From NCBI GenBank assembly GCA_964016885.1, contig OZ024740.1, forward strand, positions 182,404,001-182,468,000: DNA of 64,000 nt. Reading direction: 5' to 3'. Made by a program: the position numbers and the translations under genes. Source of the DNA: Eledone cirrhosa. Lineage: Eukaryota. Within the stretch, counting starts at the first letter, position 1; each line of letters starts with the position of its first letter. Below the pieces are notes generated by a model. It saw only the letters and a list, made by a program, of their open reading frames with translations. It made no database searches and was not told the origin of the DNA. Positions 10,056 through 23,096 of this stretch are shown here, piece after piece.

Positions 10056-13000
10056 TGAGGAAGGTAATTGTGAAAGCCTGCTACTCGTATTTGTTTATTT
10101 ATTTTACCAAGGCACTGTATATGACTGATACTTATATTATCAACCCTAGAGGCATGAGAGACAATATCAAAACAACTGATTTGTTATCAAACACCACAGA
10201 AGATCCACTAAGTAAAAGTTAGCATCACATAAAAATCTAAAGTGAATGTGACTTAAAATCAGAAATATGATTTGGAATGGAAAACTTCTAAATACTATGT
10301 ATGGCATTTAGTTCTACTATTTCTGCTGGCTTACTGCCCTAGTTACTCATTATAATTGTAAATGAAAAGTAGCACAAATAACCATAAGGTAGTCGCTTGT
10401 TGCCAATAACAATTCTATAAACATCTAATTAATTTTCTAAAGATAACAACTACCACCACCCCCACTACAACCAAAACAAGAACAATCATAACAGCACTAC
10501 ATTCAGTTGCACAATCTGTTGATTTCAGAAATTCACCATTATTGCAGATGAATCTTGCATTATTGATTGAATAATTAGTCTTTATTTAAACAAAAAATAA
10601 ACAAAACAACAACAACAAAACCAATAATCTTTAACAAGGCTATAAGTAATTCTTGCACAAATCTAGAAGGCTTGTGTGTTACATTTGTAGGCTTTTGTTA
10701 CTACAACTGACATTGTATGTATTCAATTTAATATTGAGTAGAAGTTATGGATGCAGACATGGCTGAGGGATAAAGAAAGTTGCCTTACAATCATGAGATT
10801 TTAGATTTAATCTCAGGGGATGCCATCTTAGGTAAGTGTCTTTACAATGGGCCTCAGGTCAAGCAAAGTTTTGGAACTGAAATTTTAGTACAAAGCTTTG
10901 AAATTGTGTTAATGGTACACATGTTTGAAAAATACTCAGCCACATACTAATTTAATACAGCACGCATTTTGTCAAACAACTGATTTGTCATCAAACACCA
11001 CAGAAGATCCACTAACTAAAAGTTAGCATCACATAAAAAATCTCTGATTTACTCACATCTTAAAAGATATCCTCATCGTCATCAACATCATTGTTTTAAC
11101 AATCATTTTGTCACACTGACACTAAATGGTACCGTGTGTAGCACATCACATTTTAAGATTGTTTGTCACTTTTTCTCTCATATTTGTGTAGAAAAGGCAA
11201 TGTGTCAGGGTAGAGAAGTCATTAAAAAAAAATAAAAGTAGATGCAAAGTTTAGAGAACCTTTGCTACTACAAACAACCCCTGTAGTAGGGATTTCTCAA
11301 TAAATACACTACATAACTTCCTGCAAACAATAGAACATAGGAAGGGTTTTGTAATGACAAGTGTCTTTTCCCACAGCCATGGGCCAACTTAAGCCTGATT
11401 AGTCAAATTAGGGAGACAGAAACTGTTTGGAACCCAACTGTTTGGATTGCACCAGCCTTGTCAAACAATGTTTCATGCTGAATCTATTTTTTTTTCGCTT
11501 GTGATTAAAAATACCATCGTTATCATCATCATTTTCGACATGCTTTCCATGCTAATATGGATTGGACAGGTCATCACACAGTGAGTCAGTTCTTATTCAG
11601 AGTTATTGTTCTTCTGAGCGGGTTGAAGTACTACACTGCACCAGTATATTTCATGTTTAGCAAATCCCTATGTTTGGTTGTCCTTTCTTACACTAATCAT
11701 TTTGCAGAATGTACTGCATGTATTTTAGTGTGTCACCAGCACTGTAGCAGATACTGTATACTTGGGACTAAAGAGTTATCTCCACTCTTTTGTCTATTTG
11801 TTTGCCAATTACCTCACAGGGTGTACTGGATATATTTAATCATAGAATGAACACTAGATATGTTGTCTTACCCCTTGCAAAATTAAAGACTTTTCTTTTT
11901 CTAAACGGAAAAGGGAAGAGCGTAAATATTACAGGCACTTATTTCATCAGAGAGATGAATTATGAAGTAGAGATAGCAACAGTATCTGAACTTGGACTAT
12001 AAAAGGATGGAAATACAAACTGTATGAAATATGTTCTTTTGATTTTATTTTTGATAAGCACCAGTTCATTCCTGATCAGGTAAACCTATGATCAAAGAAA
12101 TCCCATCTATTTATATCTAGCTTTTTATTAAGAGATAATATATTCAAAGTGTCCTTTTTTCCTTATCACAGTTGAGTGTAGTTTCAAGGGTATTTTGTTT
12201 GTGATTCTAGCAAGCTGAACGATTACCTAAAGGCTAACTAAACTTTGATGCATTTTAGTTTGTTGTTGTCATTTCTATTATGTCACCATCTTCAGTATTT
12301 AAAATTGAAAGAACATTTTTTAAATTTACATCAGCTCCCAAATTAAGCCAAAGTATAGGGTTCTAAAAATGAAATTATATTCTTTAGAGTGATCAAATGA
12401 GATATTAACAGATATCCTGAAGTGCCATTCAGCATTAAGTTTTACTTCTCTAAATATATCTATGATTGGCTTTCTCTCTAATGAAGACAACTGACCTAGT
12501 GAATATAAGCATTACTTTTAATTGTAATTGTTTTCTGTTTATTTAACAACATTGAGTTGTTAATAAAGCCTCTGAAATGTGACCCCTAGAAATTGATAAT
12601 CTACTATAATCAAACGCTTCGTTGTCTCACATCATTTAATGTCAAAACATCAGAGCTAAGTGCTAGACTTAGAGAAAATATTGTGGCATGGCTTTAGGAA
12701 ATATTTGCATAATTCACTATAGAAGTTTTTCCAAGCTCACAACCATAAAAAACATGCATGTTTAGACAAAATTTAACTTTTCCATTTCATTTGTGTCTCA
12801 AACGTATTAATCGGACAATACTTAATAGCCTTGAAAACGATGGGTTTTTTGCCAGTATGGCTTGCTCTTGACTTCATGACATAGAATTTATGGGATATTG
12901 TTACATACTGGCACTGCACTATGACTAAAGCAATTTTCATATATATCATGATATATATTGTAGATATATATTATGAATAATTACAGCACATTGCTGGTAG

Positions 13001-13733
13001 CAGGGGAAAGATGCAATGAAAAAAATAATGAGTGATTTGATAGTTTCCTTGAAGGGCTGAGTCTAGATCATATCTTACAGCTAAGCTGCTTTACATGCAG
13101 TGTGCGTGAATAGTTGAGTGAGCAATAATGAATCACAACTAAAATATTTGTCAGTGAGTTTCAAGTGAAATCATAAATTTTGTCCCATGTATATCAATAT
13201 CAATTTCAGTCAAGTTTCAAGTTATTTTATGATTTATTCAGAGTAGTAAAGACAGCTCCCATAACCCTTGACTGGGTGAGAGGAAGAGAGAAAGTTATCA
13301 TCAGACAGAAGACCTTACTCAATACTGCAATTGAATGTACTGTACAGAAGGCAGCCAAAGGTCAGATGGTGGTGTCAAACTGGATAACCAACTACAACTA
13401 CTCCCCTAAGAAAAGAAATGATCATTTTTATAGATATCTGAACAGGTTTCTGGATGCGACATTTTGCTCACAACACTTCAATTAATCTAAAGCTATGCTA
13501 TAAGATACTTGTCAAATATACTGCACGGTGGGATTGAAACTAGGACCATGTAGTTTTAAAACAAACACTGTAACCACTCACTTATAGAAATGTAAATGTA
13601 AAGAGAGTTTTTAATATTTCTATTTGAACATATTATTCTGATAATAATTTAGATTAGAAATTTAGTCACTATAATTAATATAACATGACATTATATTAGC
13701 TTATATAATTTTAGTACTTTATGTATACAAAGA

Positions 13734-14060
13734 GGAGGCACATGGCTTAATGGTTAGAGCATGGCCTTGCAATCGTAAGGTTGTGAGTTCAATTCTCAAA
13801 CCGAGTGATGTGTTGTTTCCTTGAGCAAGACACTTTATTTTACATTGCTCCAGTTTACTCAGCTGTAGAAATGAGATGATAGGGACTGGGGTCCCTATCA
13901 TTCTACTGCAAAGTGGAGGTGCCATGGAAAAATGCTCCAGCACTCACTGTAAATGAGGTTGGTGTTAGGAAGGGCATCCAGCTGTAGAAATCAAGCCAGA
14001 ATCAGTTCCTGTCCAACCCTTGCAAGCAGAGAAAAGCAGACGTAAAAATGATGATGATGA
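13734..14060 (+). mobile_element. tRNA-derived CORE-like SINE with RTE-B-type tail
   Basis: A box TGGCTTAATGG, B box GAGTTCAATTC, CORE-like ccttgagcaagacacttt..ctgtagaaatg, body ggttggtgttaggaagggcatccagc, and tail cccttgcaagcagagaaaagcagacgtaaaa(atg)n. Confidence 0.88.
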
Positions 14061-14515
14061 ATGTCTTCCTAACAGAATTTTTATAATATGGCCAGTAAAG
14101 CTTTCTGTAATTGAATGGTGGCAAAATAGAGTAGAGATGACTCCCCATTTATATCAAAGACAAAACAAATGCTTTAGTGCCATTGCCATATTGATATGCA
14201 TCCAGTCTACTCTAAAATAGTTGGTGTTAGGAAGGAGTATCCAGCTATAAGCCACAGCTAAATGGTATGTATAAGTGTGCCGGGGTCCTCTGATTCATCT
14301 AGGCAAGCAATAACTCTGAATGAGAAATGACTTAGTCCATGATGATCCATTTAACCCATGCAAGCATGGAAAGTGGATGGTCATGATGAGGTGATGATGT
14401 ATAAATCTAATAATTTGGTAGAAAAAATGTTACCTTATATAGCAGTGTAGTTAAATGTAGCATTGTATGATGTGAAATAAATGACTGATAAGTTTCAGAA
14501 AGCCAGTACATTATG

Positions 14516-14723
14516 GTAGAAATATATAAAGGGCAAAGGATGACAAATAAAACAAAACAAAGTAATGTTTTACCCAGTATATTTCAACATGATTTTCCAG
14601 GGCTATTATCACTTCTGTTTCACATTTGAAAAGGGGATGTTAGCCCTGAAATATCATGTTGAAATATATTGAGAAAAACATTACTTTGGTTTTTTTTTAT
14701 TTGTCACCTTTATATATTTCTAC
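14516..14723. repeat. ~210-bp imperfect fold-back (MITE-like)
   Basis: gtagaaatatataaagg..tgacaaataaaa..caaagtaatgtttt..tatatttcaacatgat..cagggcta is mirrored by tagccctg..atcatgttgaaatata..aaaacattactttg..ttttatttgtca.cctttatatatttctac. Confidence 0.8.
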
Positions 14724-14850
14724 TGTATATTACCAACTTGTATGCCGTTTGTTAGACTATATATTTATATCTAGTTAAACATGACTCCTTACTCTAACTT
14801 TATCTTATCAAAATCAACTTAGTATTTCATGAATTTGAGGTTTATTAGAC

Positions 14851-15142
14851 ATCATCATCATCATCAATTAACGTCTATCTTCCATGCTAGTATGGTTAGA
14901 CGGGTTTGTCCCATTTAGAGGCAAGTTGGGTCAAGTGATCCTGTCAGGCACATATAGGAGAGTTTCTGGCTGGTTTTCTACGGTTGGATGCCCTTCCTAA
15001 TGCCAACCACATTGACAGTGTGTGCCGGGTGCTTTTTGCCGTGTCTTTTACATGTCTACTTTACAGTGTGGGCTGGGTGCTTTTTGTTGTGATGCCTGCA
15101 CGATCACTTTACAGTGTGGGCTGTATGCTTTGTGGTACCAGT
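14851..15142 (-). mobile_element. 3' half of RTE-tailed SINE (three copies of the internal ~45-bp unit)
   Basis: (cat)n..acgtctatcttccatgctag..ggatgcccttcctaatgccaacc, followed by three cagtgtg..gctttt units. Confidence 0.75.
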
Positions 15143-15212
15143 ATAATATATATATACATATACATCATGATAATAATATACACATATATATATCATACAT
15201 ATGCATACACAC

Positions 15213-15256
<44 letters not shown>

Positions 15257-16904
15257 AATATATCATCAACCTCGTCGATTAGCATCCATTGTTCATGGGT
15301 TGGGCGGATTGACCCTTGTTAAGCTCACCCGGGGCCGGTTTTGGCTTGGTTTCTACAGCTGGTGGCCCTTCCTACCACTAACTGCATTTACAATCTGTGC
15401 TGGGTACTTTTGTTGTGTCACCTACACGAAGACAAAATATAATAATTGATAATCCATAAACAACAGAAATATACTTGGATCAATTCCATCCACAGTGTCC
15501 TTGACTTACAAATTTACAGTTTAAAAAAAAATACAATAATAATTTGCTTTCATTGCTGTGTGCTAAAAGATGGTGGAAGTTGTTAGCAAATCATATTAGT
15601 AGTTCACTATAGCCTTACTTAAACTTCCGCAATCTTGAAGCATCAACAATTTATTCCTTTTGTAGTTTATAGTTCCAATCCACACATAAAGGAGAGGGAG
15701 TTAATTTGTCATTCATGAAAATGTTGTTACCTTGAGAGTTCAAACAGCATGCTGAGGAATTTAATTTTAAGTGATATGTTGTTGTTGTTTTATTACAGTC
15801 ATATTTTACATGAAAATTCAAATAAAAAACTAAAATATAGTGCATAAAATAGAAATTGCAGGAATTTTACTATTATATTGAAGATTAAAATTTAAAAAAA
15901 TAATAAAATAAAAAAATAAAAAAATAATAAAATAAAAAAAAAAAAAAATAAAAGTAATAATAATAATAATAATAATAATGATGATGATGATGATGATAAA
16001 TTTCATGTTTTTGTTGCCTGAAACCATGAAAAATGAGATTATGAATTCCAATTGGATGATAATATCGTCAGATGAGCAGTAGTTTCAGAATTAATAAATT
16101 CTTTGTTTGTCTTTGGCTATTCTGCAAGCCTTAAAATGGGATGCAAAATTATATAAGAGATTACACAGGCTCATTATTCAATGAGGAAATCTGATTTTCT
16201 TTCAGCTCAGCTAGTCAGCAATCGTAAACAAGTATTGATTATATTTAAATGAGAGAGGGAGAGAGAAATAGAGGACGATAGAGATGTTCTTCTTTATCGT
16301 AATATGCATATCTTATTCGTTTTTTTCTTTTTTATAAATTCATAATTTTTTTGTTCAAATTCATATTTTCCAAGAATCCAGTTTTGATTTTTAAAAAAGT
16401 ACTGCTTTTATTTATTTTTATTAATTTGCTTGGGAAAAAATACAAGGCTTCAATCATATCAAGATCTGTTTTGAATAAAATTGAATTGATGATAACAGTT
16501 TAAATCCTTTATTGTAGGTTCAAGATATCTCCACTGTCATGAACAGAATAGCATACCATTATTGTGCTTTCTAACCTCTCAAAATCAAACACTAAAATAT
16601 TCTTAACAACCTTTTCTTTCCCCATCACTGAAAACAGCAGAAGATATAAAAGATTTCAATCTTTTTAAATATGTTTAATATACTCTGTCTACATTTTAAC
16701 TTGCTAACTTACTGTTCGGAGTTCAAATCTCACTAGGGTTATTATTCTTCTTTTTTTTTTTTTTTATCCTATTTTGTTAGCTATCTGCCTCAGATCGTAA
16801 AATTAAATATCACTAATACATTCAGACCAATTAAAGTTGGTGAGATAAATTATCTGTCAAAAATTATGCAGGTGCTTTCTTAAAAGAAGAAAATATTTGT
16901 TAAT

Positions 16905-17170
16905 TGGCAGACCTAGTGGTAAGTGTGTTGGACTTATGGTCATAATGTTGAGTTTGAATCCTGGACTAGCTTGTGTGTTGTGTTCTTGAGAAAAACAATT
17001 CATTTAACGTTGCTCCCGTATACTCAGCTGAAAATGAGTACCAGCAGTAGCTGGTGGGGAGAAGGGTTAACACTGAGATGGACTGGTGCTCGGTCCATGT
17101 GGAAGTTTTGTATTCTTAGTCACTTAACACCAGGAAAACTGGGATAAACACCTCCATGCGTGAGACAGAC
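16905..17170 (+). mobile_element. Degenerate tRNA/CORE-like SINE with V-like 3' part
   Basis: cctagtggtaag..gagtttgaatcc..gtgttgtgttcttgag..ctcagctgaaaatgagtacc..gatggactggtg. Confidence 0.6.
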
Positions 17171-17484
17171 TTTAGACTTTTAAAGAACTACATAGAGAAA
17201 AGCATTAAGAAAAAAAGTGAAACACATATAAATTAAATCAGTAGTTATGAAATATATTTTGTTGCAAAACCCTGATACAATTTTCCAAACTTCTTGTAAG
17301 ATTGTATCTATATTTTACAGCCAATACCCTTCACTTTAATTTTAATAAGATATTCACCTTTTTTATATTAAACTGATTATGTTAAAGTGTTTATAATTAT
17401 CTAAAAACTGTCAATCAACATTTTATGTAAGGACATTTATGTTCCAGACAAATTATCTACCAATACTGGCAATCCCCGTTTGTG

Positions 17485-17700
17485 GATTGGCAGTATTTGT
17501 AGTGTGCTGGACAACATTCTTTGCAGCATGGTATTACAGCCCTTTAAGTTCTGAGCTGAAATTCTACCAAAGTTAACTTTGCCTTTCATCCTTATGAGGT
17601 TGATAAAATAAAGTACCAGTTATGCACAGGGGCTGATTTAATCGACCTTCCACCTCCAAAAAATTGCTGGCCTTGTCCCTAAATCGAAAACCATTATTAT
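17485..17700 (+). mobile_element. Meta-like SINE, full-length diverged copy
   Basis: Reverse complement of the 3805-5575 unit (ttaactttgcctttcatcctt..gataaaataaagtaccag..aattgctggccttgt). Confidence 0.75.
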
Positions 17701-18542
17701 GTAGAGGATTGGCACATTCGTTAGTGTCAAGAAAAAAGATTTGTTATATTTATTCTGGCTTTTTACATTCTAAGTTCAAGTCTAACTGAAGTCATTTATC
17801 TTTCTAGAATTGATAAATTAAAGTACTAGTCAAATATTGAGATTGATATTATTGATTGTTCCCCACCTTAACATTTCTGAACTTGAGCATATGTTATAAA
17901 TTATTATCATTATCATCATCAACATTGTTATTATCATCTGTACTATTTTGTTTTGTTTTATTTTTTCATTATCTAATTGAAACCACTTGAGTCCAATTAG
18001 TCAAATGGAGACATATTACTTAGAAGCTTGTTTAAGCAACTGACGAAATTCAACACAGTAGATTGTTAGAAGAAAAGATTTACTGCATCTAATTCAATAC
18101 TGAATTACTTTATCTTTTAACTGAAATCCCATTAACAAGGTCAAGTTTGCTTTTCCAAAGGAATATTCATTACGCTGGTGTTAATAAGAGAGAGTGTTGA
18201 TTCAATTAACTATATTTTCTGCTACAATGGTTGAATATTGAACTTAGTTAAAATAAATTATTTGCACCTTCTTAAACCTTTGGATACCAAACTGCTAGAA
18301 ACTGGCCTAATTCTGTGTGATAAAATTATTTATTTTAAAGTATTTGTATTTATCTAAATTTTTTCCAACAATTTTATGTAAGAAACGGTATTCCAAACAC
18401 CAATTTAATAATGAGAAATATATATATATACAGGCATCATCTTTAAACTTTTTCAAAATCCGCTGTGTGAAACACATGTCCTCTAGTATGGTTTACTAAT
18501 TTGTTGTGAAACTAACTCTCTCTCTCTATATATATATATATA

Positions 18543-19447
18543 TCATCATCATCATCATTTTACGTCCGCTTTTCCCTGCTTGCAAGGGTGGGACGGGTCT
18601 TATTCAGCACAGCATCTCTCCACTCGTCATGGTCCCTCGTCATCTCCACCATGAGCTTCAATGATCTGAGGTCTGTTCTCACCACCTCCGCCCATGTTTT
18701 TCGTGGTCTAACTCTACCGCGTCTTCCTTCAACTGGCAATTCCTGGCACTTCTTCACCCATCGGTCATCCTCCATGCGCATCACATGTCCATACCACCTC
18801 AGTCTCCTCTCCCGTACACTACATTCTATCCCTCTCAGACACAGTTTCTCTCTCAACACATTTATGCTGGGTCGTTCACGCACATTTACACTGCACATGC
18901 AACGGAGCATGCTTGCCTCATTTCTCTCCAGCTGTAGCATATCCTCTGCAGTTGCTGCCCATGTCTCACTACCATGCAGCATCGCGCTCCTCACACATTC
19001 ATCATACAACCGGCCTTTCGTACGCAGGGAGAAACCCTTCTTCGTCAACAGAGGAAGCAGCTCCCTAAACTTCTTCCAACCCGTCCTTATTCTAGATACT
19101 ATGGCCTCGGAACACCCTCCTCCCATGCTAATCTGATCTCCTAGGTACCGGAAGCATTCCACCACTTCTATAGCGCCCTCTTGCATTTGAAAAGTGTGTC
19201 TATCAGTGCAACTTCTACTGTCTAATTTCCCTGTACATCTACTGTCTAATTTCCCTGTACATCTACTGCATACATATTTCTCCCTACCTGTTAGTTTGCC
19301 TGCTATCCCGCTACATCTCTTGTGTACCCAGGATCTGCATTGTGTGCATTTTATAGAATTTATGCCAGTTCCTTTTCTGCATATCGTACATGGCCATTTC
19401 CCTGACGGAATCAGGGTTTTGTCCTCTTTTCTACTCATCAACACTTT
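18543..19447 (-). mobile_element. RTE LINE family B, 5'-truncated, open C-terminal ORF, (ATG)n tail directly after the stop
   Basis: The ORF 18560-19447 part reads [51 protein letters not shown]. The element is flanked by (TA)n on both sides. Confidence 0.93.
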
Positions 19448-19611
19448 TGTCTTATATATATATATATATAACCAAAAGTTAAACAAGGTTCATTGATTAA
19501 TCAATGAATATAGTATTACAATAGATTAGAAGCACTCAACAAAAAAATTTTCTGGAGTTATTAATATTACTTCAAAATATTAATAAATATAGACATTCAT
19601 GTGATCAAATA

Positions 19612-19677
19612 TATTTTATTATATATATTTCAGAAGTACTGTACTGTTTCCTCAGTACGTTCTCCTCAGATAAAATA
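19612..19677 (-). ncRNA. Type I hammerhead ribozyme motif (PLE-type)
   Basis: Minus strand: TATTTTAT-CTGAGGA-gaacGTACTG..CAGTACttct-GAAA-TATATA-TA^ATAAAATA. It has an 8-bp stem I, an intact core, an irregular stem II and a palindromic stem III. Confidence 0.7.
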
Positions 19678-19821
19678 AATTAATGTCTGACATACCTCAA
19701 CTCTGCTGATGGTTCAATTCCAGTCTTGGCAGTCTGGAATTGAACCATCAGCACAGTTGAGGTATGTCAGACATTAATTTATTTTATCTGAGGAGGACGT
19801 ACTGAGGAAACAGTACAGTAC
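19636..19821. repeat. 88-bp inverted repeat with 10-nt spacer
   Basis: Arms 19636-19723 and 19734-19821, two mismatches by eye. Confidence 0.95.
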
Positions 19822-19918
19822 CACGAGCAAGACAACCAATCTTACCTCAAGTGGGAAAACTCCCGTCCAAACCCATGCAAGCATGGAAGATGGACGTTAA
19901 ACGATGATGATGATGATA
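19822..19918 (+). mobile_element. RTE-type 3' tail fused to the right arm of the inverted repeat
   Basis: cccgtccaaacccatgcaagcatggaagatggacgttaaac(gat)n. Confidence 0.8.
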
Positions 19919-19944
19919 TATATGTATATATGTATATTTTTATG

Positions 19945-19975
<31 letters not shown>

Positions 19976-20264
19976 CACCGGCATGGCACAGCTTCAAATT
20001 GGGTCATTTGTTTACAAACGAATTAAACATTATTATTAATGTTCGATATAACCCATACGTACATATGTATATGTATATATTTGTGTGTATGCATATATGT
20101 ATATGTGTGTACATGAACATTCTTATATATATATATATATATATATATATTACCCACTCTACTACCCTAAGTATTGAGTACTCTGGTGCATTATGGTCCA
20201 TATGGTTCCTTACCACAACTCCTTCATTATATATATATTATATATATATATAATAACAATAATA

Positions 20265-20480
20265 ATTTCTACTATAGACACAAGGCCAGCAATTTTGGGG
20301 GAGGGGAAATTCGATTAAATCAACTCTAGTGCATTACTTGTATTTTCTTTTATCGACTCTGTAAGGATGAAAGGCAAATCTAAAGCTGGTGGGATTTGAA
20401 CTCAGAATGGAAAGGGCCATATCTTTATGCTGCAAAGTATGATTTCCAATGCTCTACAGATTCTACCAATCTACCACCCA
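20265..20480 (-). mobile_element. Meta-like SINE copy
   Basis: tttctact..cacaaggccagcaatttt..tatcgac..aaggatgaaaggcaaa..gggatttgaactcag. Confidence 0.78.
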
Positions 20481-20677
20481 TATATATATATATATAATAA
20501 TAATGTAAATGATTGTGTACTGTGCTCAGCTGTATTACATCTCACCAAAGGTGCATGTATATCATCATTTTCATCAATATACGTCCGCTTTTCCCTGCAA
20601 TAATGTACAAATGTCAGGAAATTAAACAGTGTATAGGTAATGTTATACACACAGACACACATATGCATACATGTGTA

Positions 20678-20850
20678 TCAGATGTAGTGTTGGTGAAATT
20701 TGGGAGGCATAGATGTTTTGAAGGATGCAGTGGCCCGACAGCTATCAACTGACACAGGTAGTTTGTTACATGCTTCAGCAACTCTGAGTATGAAAAATGT
20801 TTCCAAATGTGATGTTTTCTGATTTTGTAAGAATGTCCATTTGAACTAAA
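20678..20850 (-). mobile_element. CR1/L2-group LINE 3' fragment
   Basis: Minus-strand translation across a frameshift: GHSYKIRK...KHFF-LRVAEACNKLPVSV-SC...SFK, matching the TRGH..K..FF..RV...WN.LP C-terminal signature of CR1-group LINEs. Confidence 0.7.
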
Positions 20851-21374
20851 ATTATCAAAGATTAATATACCTGAGATTTTGTATTTTAATTTATCGACAA
20901 CATCCCAATCTTCATTCACTTACCAAGTTGGGTGGAGCTTCTCAAATTAGACCAAGGAAACAATGTTTCAATAGATATTTCCATGTCTGATACTATCTAG
21001 ATGTGGCAACTTCTGACAGAAAGAACAACGTGAAATAAAGTATCTTGCTCAATACATAATACATCGCTCAGTCTGGAAATCGAACCTGCATCCTCATGAG
21101 GGTGAATACAATTCTCTAAGCATTAAGCCACACATATTCACAACTTGAGAAAATGTGAAACAGAAGGCAAAAGAAGTAATGAGATTGCTACAAAGTAATT
21201 TGAAAAAAATGTCAAACATGCTATCATCAAGAAACATTAATATCAAAGTCAGAAAAACATTATTAAAGTGTTATTATGTATGGTCCACTCAGCTACATGG
21301 ATATTAACAAATATTTGATCAAATAAATTAAAAGCCTTTGTAATGAAAGTATATAGAAGACTTTTGAGAATATC

Positions 21375-21583
21375 ACAGGCATTTAAACCGGCTGTATCCA
21401 GCCAGAATTCTCTCTCCTCTTTCTTTTCAAATTGGCCATAACTGACCACTCATACTGACGTTAAGGTATTGTTCTCAAAATAAAGAATATCAAAATCTCA
21501 TAGATTCAATATTATGTGAGGTAAAACCTTTACTATGAAAATACATTAGAAAATATAGAGTAATGACATTGCTAAAGGGTTAA
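21375..21583. mobile_element. Degenerate piggyBac-like MITE (right end intact)
   Basis: Ends in gctaaagggTTAA; the left part gcatttaaaccggc..tatccagcc is present but its TIR is eroded. Confidence 0.4.
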
Positions 21584-22402
21584 ATACAGCAAAAGTTTTA
21601 CAAAGACGATTTGTAGAAAGCAAAAGGAATGGAAAGAGAAGAAGAAGAAGAAAATCAAGAATTACATGGCCAGATAAAATCAAAAATTGGACAAAACTTA
21701 AATGTGGTAAACTACATGAGGATCACACAAGAAAGGCTGAGATGTCAATACAGTTAACATGTTGAAAGCAGATAATACCTGATGATGGTGATGGTACAAT
21801 TGAAACCCAAATAATGTATCTGTAAATGAATGTGACAGTACATCATTCATGATTTCTATATTTGGATTTAATTTCTTATTAAAATGTTATATAATCACAA
21901 TATTATTTATAACATATTAATATAAATCCAGTTCTTGGTAATTATTAATTTAAATACAAATTCTGTTCTTAAATGAAAGAAAAATCCCAAATCTCAATTA
22001 ACAACAAATATAAGTTTGAATATTACTTAAAGTTGTAATTTCAAAGTCACATATGAAAAAATGGGAACAAACTATAAACACTTAAAATTCTGTGACTGAA
22101 AGAAAATCTATAATATTTTATAAATCACTTCTTACCTTCTAAGCAAGAAAATGATCATGTTCTGAAAAGAAAAGAAAAAAAAAAAGTTACCATTTAAAAA
22201 TATTGAAAATCACATTTTTTATGAAAATTCAGAGAAATTTCAAGTACATTAATGTTTATTGAGTTATTTACCTATCCCAGAATTCTTCAGTAATAAATGG
22301 TTTCAGAGAAAATATCAAGACATATAATTATTTTATGTTCTGTCAATTTTATTCCTCATACACAAACATATATACATATAAACAAGCATACCTACACACA
22401 CA

Positions 22403-22442
<40 letters not shown>

Positions 22443-22447
22443 CATTG

Positions 22448-22527
<80 letters not shown>

Positions 22528-22678
22528 GGAGAGAGAAAGAGAAAGTGAGAGATAGAGACAGATGGAGAAAGGGAGCTGATGCATTTTATATAAATATATG
22601 TATATAGATAGATATATTAATCATCATCAACATCATTGTTTCTACATCCGTTTTTACAAACTTGCATGGGTTGAACGG

Positions 22679-22736
<58 letters not shown>

Positions 22737-23046
22737 GTGTGTTTCTGTGTCTATGTGTGTCTGTGTGTGTGCCTGTGTGTGTGCGTATGTGTGTGCTTGT
22801 GTGTGTGTGTGTGTAGGATGTGTAACAACTGATTATTTATACCAAATACATAACATAATTGAAATCTGGTTAACATATAAAAAACGACCCATTATAATCT
22901 ATTAAGAATACAATTTTATTATTTAAATTCTAAATTATTTTTTTGTTGTAATTTCAAAATACAATTTTACATGATACAATTTTTACAATTCAAACTTACA
23001 TCAAAATTCTGTTAAAAGATTTTTGGAAAACAATATACAGATGTAA

Positions 23047-23093
<47 letters not shown>

Positions 23094-23096
<3 letters not shown>

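Noticed and set aside
13734-13805. tRNA gene (also 37892, 44764, 51357)
   Set aside because: A and B boxes are present but there is no complete cloverleaf; the sequence continues into SINE body and tail.
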